A stretch of DNA of 64,000 bases, from assembly GCA_045863395.1 (NCBI GenBank), contig BTVJ01000008.1, positions 1 to 64,000 on the forward strand. The letters are read 5' to 3'. The stretch's first letter is position 1. Each line of letters starts with the position of its first letter. The position numbers and the translations under genes were made by a program. The notes beneath the pieces were generated by a model. It did not search any database. It saw only the letters and a program-made list of their open reading frames with translations, and was not told where the DNA came from. Of the stretch, positions 1-10,991 are shown piece by piece. Source of the DNA: Myxococcales bacterium (GTDB lineage Bacteria; Myxococcota_A; UBA9042; JABWCM01; BTVJ01).

Positions 1-39
1 CGCGAGCGCGATGGGCCAGTGCCGCTTCACGGCGCGCAT
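1..39 (-). CDS. 5' end of a gene running off the left edge (MRAVKRHWPIALA...), probable signal peptide
   Basis: ATG at 39 on minus strand preceded by GGAG; only 13 codons visible. Confidence 0.35.
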   Translation of the reverse strand, partial: MRAVKRHWPIALA

Positions 40-105
40 CCTACTCCGGGGCCCCTCGCCGGCACAATCACGCCGCGGAGGGCGACCTGGGGCGGCCGGC
101 GGCGC

Positions 106-1545
106 TCACGACATGGTCGCCAGCACCAGCGCCACGCTGACCACGTTGTTGACGGAGTGCAGCATGATCGACGGCACCAGGCTCCCGGTCCACTCGTAGG
201 CGAGCGCCATGACGCAGCCGAGGGCGAACAGGGGCAGCACCGTCTGGAAGCTCAGGTGGACCAACGCAAAGGCCAGCGAGCTCAGCGCGACGGCCGCCAC
301 CACGCCGAGCCGATCCCGGAGCGCCCGGTACAGGAAACCGCGGAAGAAGGCCTCCTCGAAGAAGGGCGCGAGCACGCCAACGGACAGGATCAGGAGCGCG
401 AAGCCGGACGGGCTGCTCGCCTCGGCCAGGAGCGGGATGACCGGGTTGGTCAGGACGGTCTCGTCGCTGACCAGGGCATTGTTGACGAAGGCGGCGGACA
501 TCCAGGCGGGCAGCGACATGCAGTAGAACAGCCAGCCCCAGACGGCGGCGTGGGGAGTGCCGCCCCGGAAGCCGTGGACGTGCACGCCGAGGGTCGAGAG
601 CAGGGGCGCGGCGCCGATGAGCCGCTGGATGATCGCGAGCCCGAAGAGGCCGGACGCCGCCGTCGCGAGGGCGATGGGGAGCGCGGGCTCCTGGTCCAGG
701 AGCCCGGTCGGCAGGAGCACGAACGGCAGCAGGATGCTGATGGCCAGGTGGAAGCTGAACCAGCCGACGAGCGCCGTGTAGATGGCCGCGCCGCGAAAGA
801 CGAACGGCGGCGCGCCGGGCAGCCCGTCGAAGCGCCGGGCAAGGCGCTCACGAATCCGGCGTGCGAAGACCCACAGCCCGAGGCCCACGGCTCCAGAGAG
901 CAGCAGGACTCCCGCCACACCTCCAATGCGCACGAGCATGCGGTCCCGGTCCCGGTCGACGGCCACCTGGGCTGCGTCCGCCCGCTCCGTGTCCCCTGCG
1001 GCCCGCAGGACCCGGACGGTCAGGCGCTGGCGTGCGAGCCGGGGTACGTCGGCCAGGTCGAGGACGGTCTGGAGGTCGTCCTGAAGGGCCGTCGTCGCGC
1101 GGGTGATCTCACCCCCGGGGGCTGGCACGTCAGTGGCCGCGTCGACCGCTGCCTCCGTCGCGGAGTTGGCCGAGTCCCCCCCTGCGCCTGCCGGGCTCAC
1201 GAGCCGCCCCAACAACCGCGAGGCGTCCGACGGCTCCCGCACGTGTCCGAGCCACGTCGCCGCGGCCTCGTCCTGCCCGTAGGCGGCGAGGGTGGCGGCG
1301 GCGGCGACCCACGTGGGGTCGGTCGCGGGCGCCGCATCGACGACCTCGGAGACCGCATGGACCAGGTCCAGCGCCAGGTCACCGGACACCGCGCCGGTGG
1401 CCTCGATGGACGAGACCACGTCCCGGAGCCCGAGGCGCAGCACCGCTCCCCGGTCAGGCTCGCCGGACTCGCTCAGCAGCAGGGTCGAGACCCCCACGGC
1501 GAACGCGGTCAGGATCAGCGCCGTGGGCGAGATGCGCCCCGTCAC
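106..1545 (-). CDS. CPBP/Abi (CAAX-type) intramembrane glutamic protease with long N-terminal extension
   Basis: Motifs PFFEEAFFRG, FALVH and SIMLHSVNN in a multi-TM C-terminal half. Confidence 0.9.
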   Translation of the reverse strand: MTGRISPTALILTAFAVGVSTLLLSESGEPDRGAVLRLGLRDVVSSIEATGAVSGDLALDLVHAVSEVVDAAPATDPTWVAAAATLAAYGQDEAAATWLGHVREPSDASRLLGRLVSPAGAGGDSANSATEAAVDAATDVPAPGGEITRATTALQDDLQTVLDLADVPRLARQRLTVRVLRAAGDTERADAAQVAVDRDRDRMLVRIGGVAGVLLLSGAVGLGLWVFARRIRERLARRFDGLPGAPPFVFRGAAIYTALVGWFSFHLAISILLPFVLLPTGLLDQEPALPIALATAASGLFGLAIIQRLIGAAPLLSTLGVHVHGFRGGTPHAAVWGWLFYCMSLPAWMSAAFVNNALVSDETVLTNPVIPLLAEASSPSGFALLILSVGVLAPFFEEAFFRGFLYRALRDRLGVVAAVALSSLAFALVHLSFQTVLPLFALGCVMALAYEWTGSLVPSIMLHSVNNVVSVALVLATMS

Positions 1546-1599
1546 GCGGCTTGCCCCGCGCCGCGCCCTGCGCTACGGTCCCCCCAGACGGAGGTGCCG

Positions 1600-1866
1600 G
1601 TGAAGCTCGACCCCGCCCTGCTCGCCGCCATCGACGCCGCCGCGCTGGACCGCCTGCTCGGGCAGGAGGTCCTCTTGCGCGTGTTCGTGGAGCATGCGCC
1701 CGCCGACCGGGCGCCCTTCATCGAGCCATACGACCTTCCCACCGTGTTCATCCTGGAGCAGAGAGAGCAGGTAGCGCGGTTCCTCGACGAGTTCCTGGAA
1801 GAGCACGCGGGCGACGAGGGGACGGCCTTCAGCATGGAGGTCCGCCCGCTTCCCCCTACCGGGTAG
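1600..1866 (+). CDS. hypothetical protein (88 aa)
   Basis: GGAGG then GTG at 1600; strong GC3 bias; it is the tail of the spurious 19..1866 ORF. Confidence 0.65.
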   Translation: MKLDPALLAAIDAAALDRLLGQEVLLRVFVEHAPADRAPFIEPYDLPTVFILEQREQVARFLDEFLEEHAGDEGTAFSMEVRPLPPTG

Positions 1867-2050
1867 CGGCCTTGAGGGCCTGGAGCGAGGCCTCGCAGGT
1901 GGCCTTGTCCACGGCCTTGACCTTCTCGGTCCACTCCTCGCACTTGCTCTCGTCCTTCATCTCTTCACAGAGGCGCTCGATCAGCTTCTTGCACGGGTCG
2001 CTGCACCCAGAGCCGGCTCCGAGGGCCGCGGCCAGAAGGACGAGAGGCAT
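1856..2050 (-). CDS. small Cys-rich helical lipoprotein
   Basis: Hydrophobic leader ending GSGC, then C-x7-C...C...C; TGATG overlap with the glpD stop. Confidence 0.7.
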   Translation of the reverse strand: MPLVLLAAALGAGSGCSDPCKKLIERLCEEMKDESKCEEWTEKVKAVDKATCEASLQALKAATR

Positions 2051-3738
2051 CAGGCGCATGGGTGGGCCTCCGAAACGGTGGTCGCGGCGGGGACCGGTGA
2101 GCGGAACGCGGAGCCGCGGGTCACGATCTCACAGAAGCGCCGCACCTGGGCGGCGACCTCGTCGTCGCTCCAGCCCATGAGGCGCCCCATGCGCGCCGCG
2201 ACGGCGGGGGCGATGGCGAGGCCCTGGTCACGAAGGTGGAAGTGCAGGTGGGTGCGCCGGACCAGGACGTCGTCCAGTGTCATCGCCAGCTCCGCCTCGA
2301 CGGCGTGGTCGATCTCGCCCCAGATCCACGGCATGTCCGGCACGATGCGACCGCCCTCCCGGGCGGCCACGGCCCGCCACGCGGCGCCGTAGGTCTGCAG
2401 CAGGTGCTCCGCCACGTCGTCGTCGAGGCCCATGGCCCGCGCCTCACCGAGGGCGGCCTCCCGGTCGGTGCGGTAGTCGAAGCCCTCGGCACCGGGGAGC
2501 ACCGCGTTGGCCGTGCGGCACTCCCGCAGCCCCTGGCGCCGCGACGCGGGCAGGAGCGCCATCGCCTCGACCACGCACTCGTCGGCCATTTTGCGGTAGG
2601 TGGTCAGCTTGCCGCCCGCGATGGTGACCGACCCGCGCGGGTCGACGACGATGGTGTGCTCCCGGGACGTGTCGTAGGGGGACGCGTCGTCCTCCCGCAC
2701 CAGGGGACGCAGCCCGGCCCACGTCGAGATGGCGTCCGCCGGGGTCACGGGATGATCGGGGAAGTACCGGGCCATGGTCTCGCAGAGGTACGCCGCGTCC
2801 TCCGCCGTCGCCTCCAGGGCGTCCACGTCGCCGTCGTAGTCTGTGTCCGTGGTGCCGACCACCGTGCTCTGCTCCCAGGGGATGGCGAACACCACGCGCC
2901 CGTCGCGCACCGCGCTCATGACGACCGCATGGTGCACCGGCAGGACCTCGCGGGGGAACACCAGGTGGACCCCCTTGGTCGGCCGGACCATGGCCGTCGG
3001 TCGGCCGTTGGTGCGGCCGAGGACGTCGTTGGTCCAGGGGCCCGCCGCCTGCACGATCACCGCCGCGCGCACGGCGATGGTGCGCCCGCTGAGCAGGTCC
3101 TCGCACACGGCGCCCGTGATGCGGCCGCGCTCGTCCCGCAGCGCCTCCGAGAACCGGGTGTGGGTGAGCACGCAGGCCCCGGCCCGGTGGGCGGCCATCG
3201 CGTTCTCGAGCGTCAGGCGCGCGTCGTCGGTGATGCAGTCGTAGTAGAGCATCCCCGCGAGGAGCCCTTTCGAATTGAGCGTGGGCTCGGCAGCCTCGAC
3301 CTCGTCGGCCTCCAGCTTCTGGTGCTTCCGGTAGTTGCGGAACAGCGCCAGCGCGTCGTAGAGCCACATGCCCAGGTGCACGAGGAAGGGCCCCTTGGAC
3401 GAGCCGTCGTAGATCGGGAACAGGAAGGGCAGGGGCCGCACGATGTGAGGCGCCTGCGCCATGAGGCGGGCCCGCTCGGACGTGCCCTCCATGACCAGCT
3501 TGAAGTCGTACTGCTCCAGGTAGCGGAGCCCGCCGTGCACCAGCTTTGATGACTTGCTGCTCGTGCCGCTGGCCAGGTCGCCCAGCTCGACCAGCGCCAC
3601 GCGGAAGCCGCGCAGGGCCGCGTCGCGGGCGATGCCGGTGCCGGTCACGCCGCCGCCGACCACCAGGAAGTCGAAGTCGTCGGAGCCGAGGCGCTGGAGC
3701 GCCGCCGGACGACCACGAAAGGAGAAGCTGCGAGGCAT
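2050..3738 (-). CDS. glpD: FAD-dependent glycerol-3-phosphate dehydrogenase/oxidase
   Basis: VVGGGVTG, SGTSSKSSKLVHGGLRYLE, PTKGVHL, WAGLRPL, GGKLTTYR. Confidence 0.95.
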   Translation of the reverse strand: MPRSFSFRGRPAALQRLGSDDFDFLVVGGGVTGTGIARDAALRGFRVALVELGDLASGTSSKSSKLVHGGLRYLEQYDFKLVMEGTSERARLMAQAPHIVRPLPFLFPIYDGSSKGPFLVHLGMWLYDALALFRNYRKHQKLEADEVEAAEPTLNSKGLLAGMLYYDCITDDARLTLENAMAAHRAGACVLTHTRFSEALRDERGRITGAVCEDLLSGRTIAVRAAVIVQAAGPWTNDVLGRTNGRPTAMVRPTKGVHLVFPREVLPVHHAVVMSAVRDGRVVFAIPWEQSTVVGTTDTDYDGDVDALEATAEDAAYLCETMARYFPDHPVTPADAISTWAGLRPLVREDDASPYDTSREHTIVVDPRGSVTIAGGKLTTYRKMADECVVEAMALLPASRRQGLRECRTANAVLPGAEGFDYRTDREAALGEARAMGLDDDVAEHLLQTYGAAWRAVAAREGGRIVPDMPWIWGEIDHAVEAELAMTLDDVLVRRTHLHFHLRDQGLAIAPAVAARMGRLMGWSDDEVAAQVRRFCEIVTRGSAFRSPVPAATTVSEAHPCA

Positions 3739-3882
3739 GTGAGACGCTCTCCGGAAAGCCCAACGCGGTCGGAATCCTAGTGGGCGAGGCCCTGGCGGTC
3801 AAGGTGGGCGCCCCCCCTCGCGAACGTAGACGGGCTCGGCGGCCTGTGGTACTCGAAAGCGTCGAACGACGAGGAGGGACAA

Positions 3883-4734
3883 GTGAAGCTGGCACCATGG
3901 CACGCGCTCCTGCTCGCGATCCCTACGCTTGCCTGTACCCCGACGGCGCCGGAGCCGGCGCCCCCCAAACCCGAGCGGCCCCCCGCGCCCAAGGTGGAGC
4001 CTGCCCCGGAGCCCGAGCCGCCCATCAACCCGGCGCTCCTCGGCGCCGTGCCTGGCGCACCCGAGGGCGAGCCCACCCTCGCGCGCTTCAAGTCCGTGTA
4101 CCTGGCCGAGGAGGCGGTGAGCGCGGACGAGGCGCTGCTGGCGGAGCTGCGCAAGCTCTCCGACCCGGACAAGGCCAAGGAGGTCTTCGAGACCATCAAG
4201 GGGCGTGACTCCATCGCGACCGTCCTGCGCAAAGCCCTGTGGCTCCGGGACCCCAACGTGCGCTCCAACGTGGCGAAGATCCTCGTGCTGCTCGAGGACC
4301 ACTCGCCGGAGACGTCCGCAGCCCTCATCGACGTCGTGCTCCACGACGCGGACGGCGACGTGCGGAGCAACGTCGCCCGGGCGCTGGTGACCTACGCGGA
4401 CAAGGCGACCGTAGGGCCCCTGATCACGGTCCTCGAGACGGACCCGCGCCTGACGGCCCGCGAGAACGCTGCCTGGGCCCTGGGCCAGATCGGTGACAAG
4501 CGGGCCGTCGCGCCCCTGATCAAGTCCATGGAGGACCCGGAGACCCGCGTGCGCCTCCGCTCCGTGAGCGCCTTGAAGCGCATGAAGGCGAAGGAGGCCG
4601 TCCGCGCCATCGTGGAGCGTGTCCAGGACCCGAACGTGGTCGTGCGGGAGCGGGCGGTCCAGGCGCTGCAGGAGATCACCGGCAAGAAGATCGGTGAGGA
4701 CTACGGCCAGTGGAAGAAGGCCGTGGGGCGTTAG
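3883..4734 (+). CDS. HEAT/PBS-lyase repeat lipoprotein
   Basis: Lipobox TLAC, Pro-rich linker, repeated D.D..VR..A..AL units. Confidence 0.85.
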   Translation: MKLAPWHALLLAIPTLACTPTAPEPAPPKPERPPAPKVEPAPEPEPPINPALLGAVPGAPEGEPTLARFKSVYLAEEAVSADEALLAELRKLSDPDKAKEVFETIKGRDSIATVLRKALWLRDPNVRSNVAKILVLLEDHSPETSAALIDVVLHDADGDVRSNVARALVTYADKATVGPLITVLETDPRLTARENAAWALGQIGDKRAVAPLIKSMEDPETRVRLRSVSALKRMKAKEAVRAIVERVQDPNVVVRERAVQALQEITGKKIGEDYGQWKKAVGR

Positions 4735-4737
4735 CCG

Positions 4738-5904
4738 ATGGCCCGCGGCGCGCGCCATGCGCCCACGCGCGACCTGGCGAGGTACTCGCGCCAGCCGGCG
4801 CGCATCCTCCCTGGCAACCGCGTGACCGTCATCCACGATGGCCCCCACGCCATCCCCGCGATGCTCGGCGCCATCGACGCGGCGCGACACTCCGTACACG
4901 TCGAGGCGTACATCCTGCGAAGCGACTCCGTGGGGTGGCGCCTCGCCGAGGCGCTGGTCGCCGCCGTGCGCCGCGGCGCGACGGTACGCCTGACCTACGA
5001 CTCGGCGGGCTGCATCGCGACGGACGTGTCGCTCTTCGACCACCTGGAGCGGTACGGGGTGCAGGTCCTTGAGTTCCGGCCCATCGCGCCGTGGCGGCCC
5101 CGCTGGAGCTGGAACAACCGCAACCACCGGAAGCTCCTGATCATCGACGGCGAGGTGGGGTTCTGCACGGGCCTCAACTGGGGCGAGGAGTACTACGCCC
5201 TCGACGCGGCCGGACAGTCCCTGTGGCGGGACACAACCGCCCGCATCGAGGGGCCGGCCGTGCGGGAGCTCCAGCGCCTGTTCTTGCGGTGCTGGTGGCG
5301 CCACCACGACAAGCAGCGGGCTGTCGGGCACGTCGACACGCCGCGCCCCCGCGGGACCTCTGCGGTCGAGGTGGTCGGCACCTGGTCGGCCCGCACCGGC
5401 GGCCGCATCCGCCGGGCCTACCTGCACGCCTTCAGGCGGGCGCGCCGCACCATCTACGTGGCCAACGCGTACTTCCTGCCGGACCGGGGCCTGGTGCGCG
5501 CGCTGGCCAACGCCGTCCGCCGAGGCGTGGACGTGCGCGTGGTCGTCCCCGGGGAGACGGACGTCGCCGCCATGTACTACGGCAGCCGGGCGACGTTCGG
5601 GCGGCTGCTGCGCAGCGGCGTGCGGCTGTTCGAGTGGAGCGGCACCATGCTGCACTCGAAGACCTGCGTCGTCGATGGCGGGTGGGTGACCATCGGCAGC
5701 GCCAACCTGGACCCGCGAAGCCGCTTCCACAACCAGGAGGCGAACGTCATCGTCTACGACGAGCGCATCGGGCGGGCCATGGAGCGGACGTTCGTCGAGG
5801 ATCTGTCGCGGGCGACGGAGGTGCGGCAGGCTGATTGGCAGAAGCGGGGGCTCTGGCAGCGGCTGCTCGAGCGGCTGTTCTACGCGGTGAGGTACTGGCT
5901 GTAG
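4738..5904 (+). CDS. cls: cardiolipin synthase (PLD superfamily, ClsB-like)
   Basis: Two HKD motifs: NHRKLLIID and LHSKTCVVD...GSANLD. Confidence 0.9.
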   Translation: MARGARHAPTRDLARYSRQPARILPGNRVTVIHDGPHAIPAMLGAIDAARHSVHVEAYILRSDSVGWRLAEALVAAVRRGATVRLTYDSAGCIATDVSLFDHLERYGVQVLEFRPIAPWRPRWSWNNRNHRKLLIIDGEVGFCTGLNWGEEYYALDAAGQSLWRDTTARIEGPAVRELQRLFLRCWWRHHDKQRAVGHVDTPRPRGTSAVEVVGTWSARTGGRIRRAYLHAFRRARRTIYVANAYFLPDRGLVRALANAVRRGVDVRVVVPGETDVAAMYYGSRATFGRLLRSGVRLFEWSGTMLHSKTCVVDGGWVTIGSANLDPRSRFHNQEANVIVYDERIGRAMERTFVEDLSRATEVRQADWQKRGLWQRLLERLFYAVRYWL

Positions 5905-5922
5905 GCGGCGGGCCCCGGCGGA

Positions 5923-6066
5923 TCAGCGGGTCTCCGGCTCCGGAGCATTGGGGGCGTCGTTGCGGGCGGGGATGAGGTTGATGATCAGCTCCAGGCTCGC
6001 CTTTGTGATGCCCACGGCCAAGCCCACTCCGCACAGCGTACACAGCCCGACGACCAGGATCTCCAT
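5923..6066 (-). CDS. small single-TM protein, 47 aa (MEILVVGLCTLCGVGLAVGITKASLELIINLIPARNDAPNAPEPETR); absent from the ORF track
   Basis: GGAGG RBS upstream, GC3-biased codons, sigma-54-like promoter upstream. Confidence 0.6.
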   Translation of the reverse strand: MEILVVGLCTLCGVGLAVGITKASLELIINLIPARNDAPNAPEPETR

Positions 6067-6134
6067 CTCACCGACCTCCCTCGGACCGACCGCGGCTCGA
6101 AAGCGGCGCGCGATGTCAGCCCGCGTGTGGTAGC

Positions 6135-6150
6135 TTCAAGCTCCGTGCCA
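6135..6150 (-). promoter_or_regulatory. putative sigma-54 -24/-12 promoter (TGGCACGGAGCTTGAA)
   Basis: TGGCAC-N5-TTG match with GA in place of GC at -12. Confidence 0.5.
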
Positions 6151-6307
6151 GTCAATCGAAACCTTGTTTCCGCCCTCAAATCAAGGTGTTGCCACCATGG
6201 CAATCCGAGCGCCAGAGACACGCGCACTTCATCCACAGCCCCGGTGCCCCAGGGGAATTGGCGCTCTGCAGGCTGTGGATGAAGGCCGCGTCACCGCTGA
6301 AGACGTT

Positions 6308-6327
6308 CCGTGTCGTTTCTGACACGG
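6308..6327. promoter_or_regulatory. palindrome CCGTGTC-N6-GACACGG, possible enhancer-binding-protein site
   Basis: Perfect 7-bp inverted repeat about 160 bp upstream of the sigma-54 site; a second palindrome TTGCCA-N3-TGGCAA lies at 6189-6203. Confidence 0.4.
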
Positions 6328-6445
6328 TGCCCGGCGGGTGCGTGCCGGTCGTCTTCAGGGCACGGGCGAGAGTAGCGCAACGATGCGCCGTGTCAAAAAC
6401 ATGGAGGAAATTGAAAAAAGCGAGCGATTACAAATAGTTTGTGGC

Positions 6446-8194
6446 TCAGAGGAGGACGGACAGCACCACGAGCAGCACGACGACCACTCCGGCGACGGCG
6501 CTGAACACGATCCACCCCTTCTTGGCCTGGGCGTCGTCGAGGTGGGTCCGCGCCTCACGGAAGCGCTCCCGCAGGGTGGAGTCCCAGGCCCGCACCATCT
6601 CGATGGCGTCGAGCTTGAAGAAGGCCTGGGCGTAGGCGGGGAAGGCGCCGCGGTTGGCGTCCGCCGCCTCACCGATGCGCCGCGCGGGCCCCGCCATCTC
6701 CTTGGCGACGCCGGTGAGCTGCTCGCGGGTGGCGTGGGTGCGGGCGACCACCTCGCGGTCCTTGGAGGCGATGCGGGCGAGCAGCCGCGACTCTTGCTGG
6801 CGCAGGGGGGCGACCTTCTCGCGCACGGTGTTCTCTGCGGTCGCAAGCTCGGAGCGGCGCTTCTGCAGGGTGGCCACCAGGTCGTCGAGCGGCGCGGCTG
6901 AGTCCACGTGGCGCGCCACGTCGGCCTCCAGCGCGGCGATGCGCCCCGCGTCCGCGCCTCCCTTGGCGCCCTTGAGCGCAGCGATCTCCTTCTTCGCGGC
7001 CTCCGCCCCCCGCTTGTGGAGGCTCTGGTCGCGGCGCGCGGCAGCCAGCTCCGTGTCCACCGCCCGCAGGTTCGCGACCAGGGTCGCCAGGGACCGGTCG
7101 GACTCCGCGACGGCCTGGGCCGCCTCGTCCAGCTCGGACTTGATCACCTCCTTCTCCTGGGCGACGGCGCCCTCCTGCTCGCGGACGGCGGCCTCCAGCT
7201 CCTCCCGGCGTCCCCGCAAGGCGTCCAGGGTCGCGTAGGCGTCCTCGAGGCCGCGGACGCGGACTCCGGCGCGCCACAGCGCGAAGCCCAGCTCCTCGAA
7301 GGTGCGGCCGTGCTCCTCCTCCAGGAACGCGGCGCGCCGGTCCAGGGTGTGCTCGGCGAGGCGGATCACCCCCATGGCCTTGAGGTGGCGGAACGCATAG
7401 CCGAGCTGCTGCAGGGGCTTGGCGGCCGCAGGGGCCGCGACGGCGTCCTCCGGGGAGACCGGGAGTCGAGGCAGGCCCGTGATGGCGGACTCGTCGGGGG
7501 CCTGGTCGGGGGCCACCGGGGGCGTCTTCGTGGCCCGCGCCTGGTCTTGGGGGCGAGGGGCGCGCTGCGCGTGGGACGCAGCCGGGGCTGGCGCCGCCTG
7601 TGCGGCCGGGGCCCCCTGGGCCTGCTGCCCCTGCACCTGGTGGGCGACGTGCGCTCCTCCGGCCGCCTGGGGCCCGGCAGGGCGCGGCGCCGGGGTGGCC
7701 AGGTCGAGCATCCGGGTGGACCCGTCGTCCGCCACGGGGGCAGGGGCCCGCTGAGGGAGGAGGTCCTGGATGGAGGCGTGGTCCAGCATGCGCGTCGAGG
7801 CGTCCGGTTCCAGGGAGTCCTCGTGCGGCGCAGGCGCGGGGTGGGGCGCCGCGGCGGGCCGTGGGTGTGCCGCGGGCGGAGGCACTCGCTCGGTGACCCG
7901 CGCAGCCCTGGGTGCCCGCTCGGCCTCCATGCGCAGAGCCGAGAGCTGGGCGAGCATCTCCGGCGTCATGGGCTGGACCATGGTCTTGCCGTCGCCGGGC
8001 TCCTCCGCCTCGTGCTCCTGGTGCGCCTCCGGCGTCTGGTGTGCTGGGGCGGGGGAGGACGCTCGTGGCGCCGCGCCTGCGGACGGCGGACGTCGCGCTG
8101 AGGTCCGCCCGTCGGCGCTGAAGCGGGACCCGCAGAAGGGGCAGAAGGACGCCGACGGTGACAGCGGCTTCCCACAGGATGGGCACGTCTTCAT
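6446..8194 (-). CDS. zinc-ribbon / Pro-Ala linker / coiled-coil protein with C-terminal TM anchor
   Basis: CPSC...CPFC at N-terminus, heptad-rich region, hydrophobic C-terminus. Confidence 0.8.
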   Translation of the reverse strand: MKTCPSCGKPLSPSASFCPFCGSRFSADGRTSARRPPSAGAAPRASSPAPAHQTPEAHQEHEAEEPGDGKTMVQPMTPEMLAQLSALRMEAERAPRAARVTERVPPPAAHPRPAAAPHPAPAPHEDSLEPDASTRMLDHASIQDLLPQRAPAPVADDGSTRMLDLATPAPRPAGPQAAGGAHVAHQVQGQQAQGAPAAQAAPAPAASHAQRAPRPQDQARATKTPPVAPDQAPDESAITGLPRLPVSPEDAVAAPAAAKPLQQLGYAFRHLKAMGVIRLAEHTLDRRAAFLEEEHGRTFEELGFALWRAGVRVRGLEDAYATLDALRGRREELEAAVREQEGAVAQEKEVIKSELDEAAQAVAESDRSLATLVANLRAVDTELAAARRDQSLHKRGAEAAKKEIAALKGAKGGADAGRIAALEADVARHVDSAAPLDDLVATLQKRRSELATAENTVREKVAPLRQQESRLLARIASKDREVVARTHATREQLTGVAKEMAGPARRIGEAADANRGAFPAYAQAFFKLDAIEMVRAWDSTLRERFREARTHLDDAQAKKGWIVFSAVAGVVVVLLVVLSVLL

Positions 8195-8319
8195 ACCTGG
8201 CCTCACTTGCCTCGTTCAGTGCGGCGAACATACTGTCAGACCCCGGTCGAGCGCAAGCCACGGCATGGCCCGCAGAGACCCCCTACTTCGAGATCGCCGG
8301 ACGGCAGGAGATACAGCCC

Positions 8320-8685
8320 ATGCGCCCCGACCCCTTCAGCTTGTTTGCCTTCTACCACCTGGGGTTCGACGAGCACTTCAACTACCGCTTCCGCAACCTC
8401 CATGAGACGGCCCGCCACTTCGGGGCAGACTCCGCCCAGATCATGGCGTGGCTGACCGAGCAGGGCATGGACCCCGAGACCATCCGCCACGTGGACTTCA
8501 ACCTGTCGAAGGCCCACGCCGACGCCATGGAGCTGGATCTGGAGGGCGCGTCCACGGAAGCGCGCGAATCCTTTGCCCGAGAGGCCTTCGCGCGCTACCA
8601 GACGCAGCGGGCGAACACGAGGCGCGCGACCCCCTACGAGGATCTGGACTATGACGATCTGCTGGGGATGAAGGGGAAGCGGTGA
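8320..8685 (+). CDS. hypothetical protein (121 aa)
   Basis: AGGAG RBS, ATG at 8320, typical codon bias. Confidence 0.75.
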   Translation: MRPDPFSLFAFYHLGFDEHFNYRFRNLHETARHFGADSAQIMAWLTEQGMDPETIRHVDFNLSKAHADAMELDLEGASTEARESFAREAFARYQTQRANTRRATPYEDLDYDDLLGMKGKR

Positions 8686-8731
8686 TCGGGAGCGCCGGGG
8701 GAGGGGCGTCCGCTCCCCCGACGGACCCGCG

Positions 8732-9997
<1,266 letters not shown>

Positions 9998-9999
9998 CG

Positions 10000-10848
10000 T
10001 CATCCTCCAGGGGGTTCGCTGATTGGGTGAGTCCAAGCGCCTTGCAGGTGCCGGAGCGACGAGAGCCAGGCTTTGGACTTCTCGTGCTCGGGGAGGCGCT
10101 CCGTGCGCAGCGTCGTGAAGGCGGAGCCCCGGGGGACCAGGGCGTCGTTGACCGCCTTCCCGGGGAACAGGGCCCGCAGCTCGCGGACCATGGCCTCCCG
10201 GTCGAAGAACTTGCAGGAGAACACATCCAGGTACGCCTTGCGCTCGTCGGGGAAGACGTGGATGCAGATGTGGCTCTCCGCGATCATGGTCATGGCGCTG
10301 GTGACGTTGCGCCCGTCGGGGGTGCGGTTTCGCACGATGTAGGGGCGCATGATGGGGGTCATGCCCACCCGCGCGGGCATGCTGTCGAACACGTCGAACA
10401 GCTCGTCGATGCGGGACGGGCCCTCGTAGTCCTCCAGGTCCAGGAAGACGTGGGGTCCGAAGTCGGTGTCCGGGTTGACGGGGCGGTCCTCCACGCGGCC
10501 CTTCTCGCGGCGCAGGTGGTGGACCACCGTCGTCTCGCAGGGGAAGCCGGCCTCCAGCAGGTAGCGGAGCCGCCGGGCGTCGAAGGGGGACGGGTAGACC
10601 AGGTCCGCGAAGAAGACCTCGCGGAACGAGAACGTGTGCAGCGTGAAGTGGCCGCCCGCCAGGAACAGGAAGGCGCTGATGCCGCAGTCCTCGGGGGTGA
10701 CGCCGTTGTAGTACGGCAGGATGAACGGGGGCATGGTGGCCTCGAGGCCGAGCGTGCTCGGGATCTCCTCCATCAGCTCGTGGACCAGCCGGATGTCGTC
10801 GAAGCGCGACCGGAAGCCCTTGAAGCCGTCCATCGTGAAATGTTCCAT
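10000..10848 (-). CDS. pyruvoyl-dependent SpeD/AdoMetDC-fold decarboxylase with two tandem domains (282 aa)
   Basis: C-terminal domain [12 protein letters not shown]...LDVFSCK; N-terminal copy [11 protein letters not shown] lacks the Glu-Ser cleavage site; GGAGG RBS. Confidence 0.8.
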   Translation of the reverse strand: MEHFTMDGFKGFRSRFDDIRLVHELMEEIPSTLGLEATMPPFILPYYNGVTPEDCGISAFLFLAGGHFTLHTFSFREVFFADLVYPSPFDARRLRYLLEAGFPCETTVVHHLRREKGRVEDRPVNPDTDFGPHVFLDLEDYEGPSRIDELFDVFDSMPARVGMTPIMRPYIVRNRTPDGRNVTSAMTMIAESHICIHVFPDERKAYLDVFSCKFFDREAMVRELRALFPGKAVNDALVPRGSAFTTLRTERLPEHEKSKAWLSSLRHLQGAWTHPISEPPGG

Positions 10849-10991
10849 CGTCCCTCCGTGGGCGCAGGGCGAGGCTGGCCCGCGCGAAGCGCGCATCCTA
10901 TGCGGGGGGTCGGTGGGACTCAAGCCCGAAATGTTGGGTGCGTGGAGAGTGGAGAGAACGAGGTTGAAGGAGCTGTCCACAAGGCTTCGAA

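Noticed and set aside
19..1599. Long Arg/Pro/Gly-rich ORFs here and throughout (e.g. 20984-23569, 36963-39557, 33008-35311)
   Set aside because: Antisense or off-frame shadows expected in high-GC DNA; they overlap genes with clear family motifs
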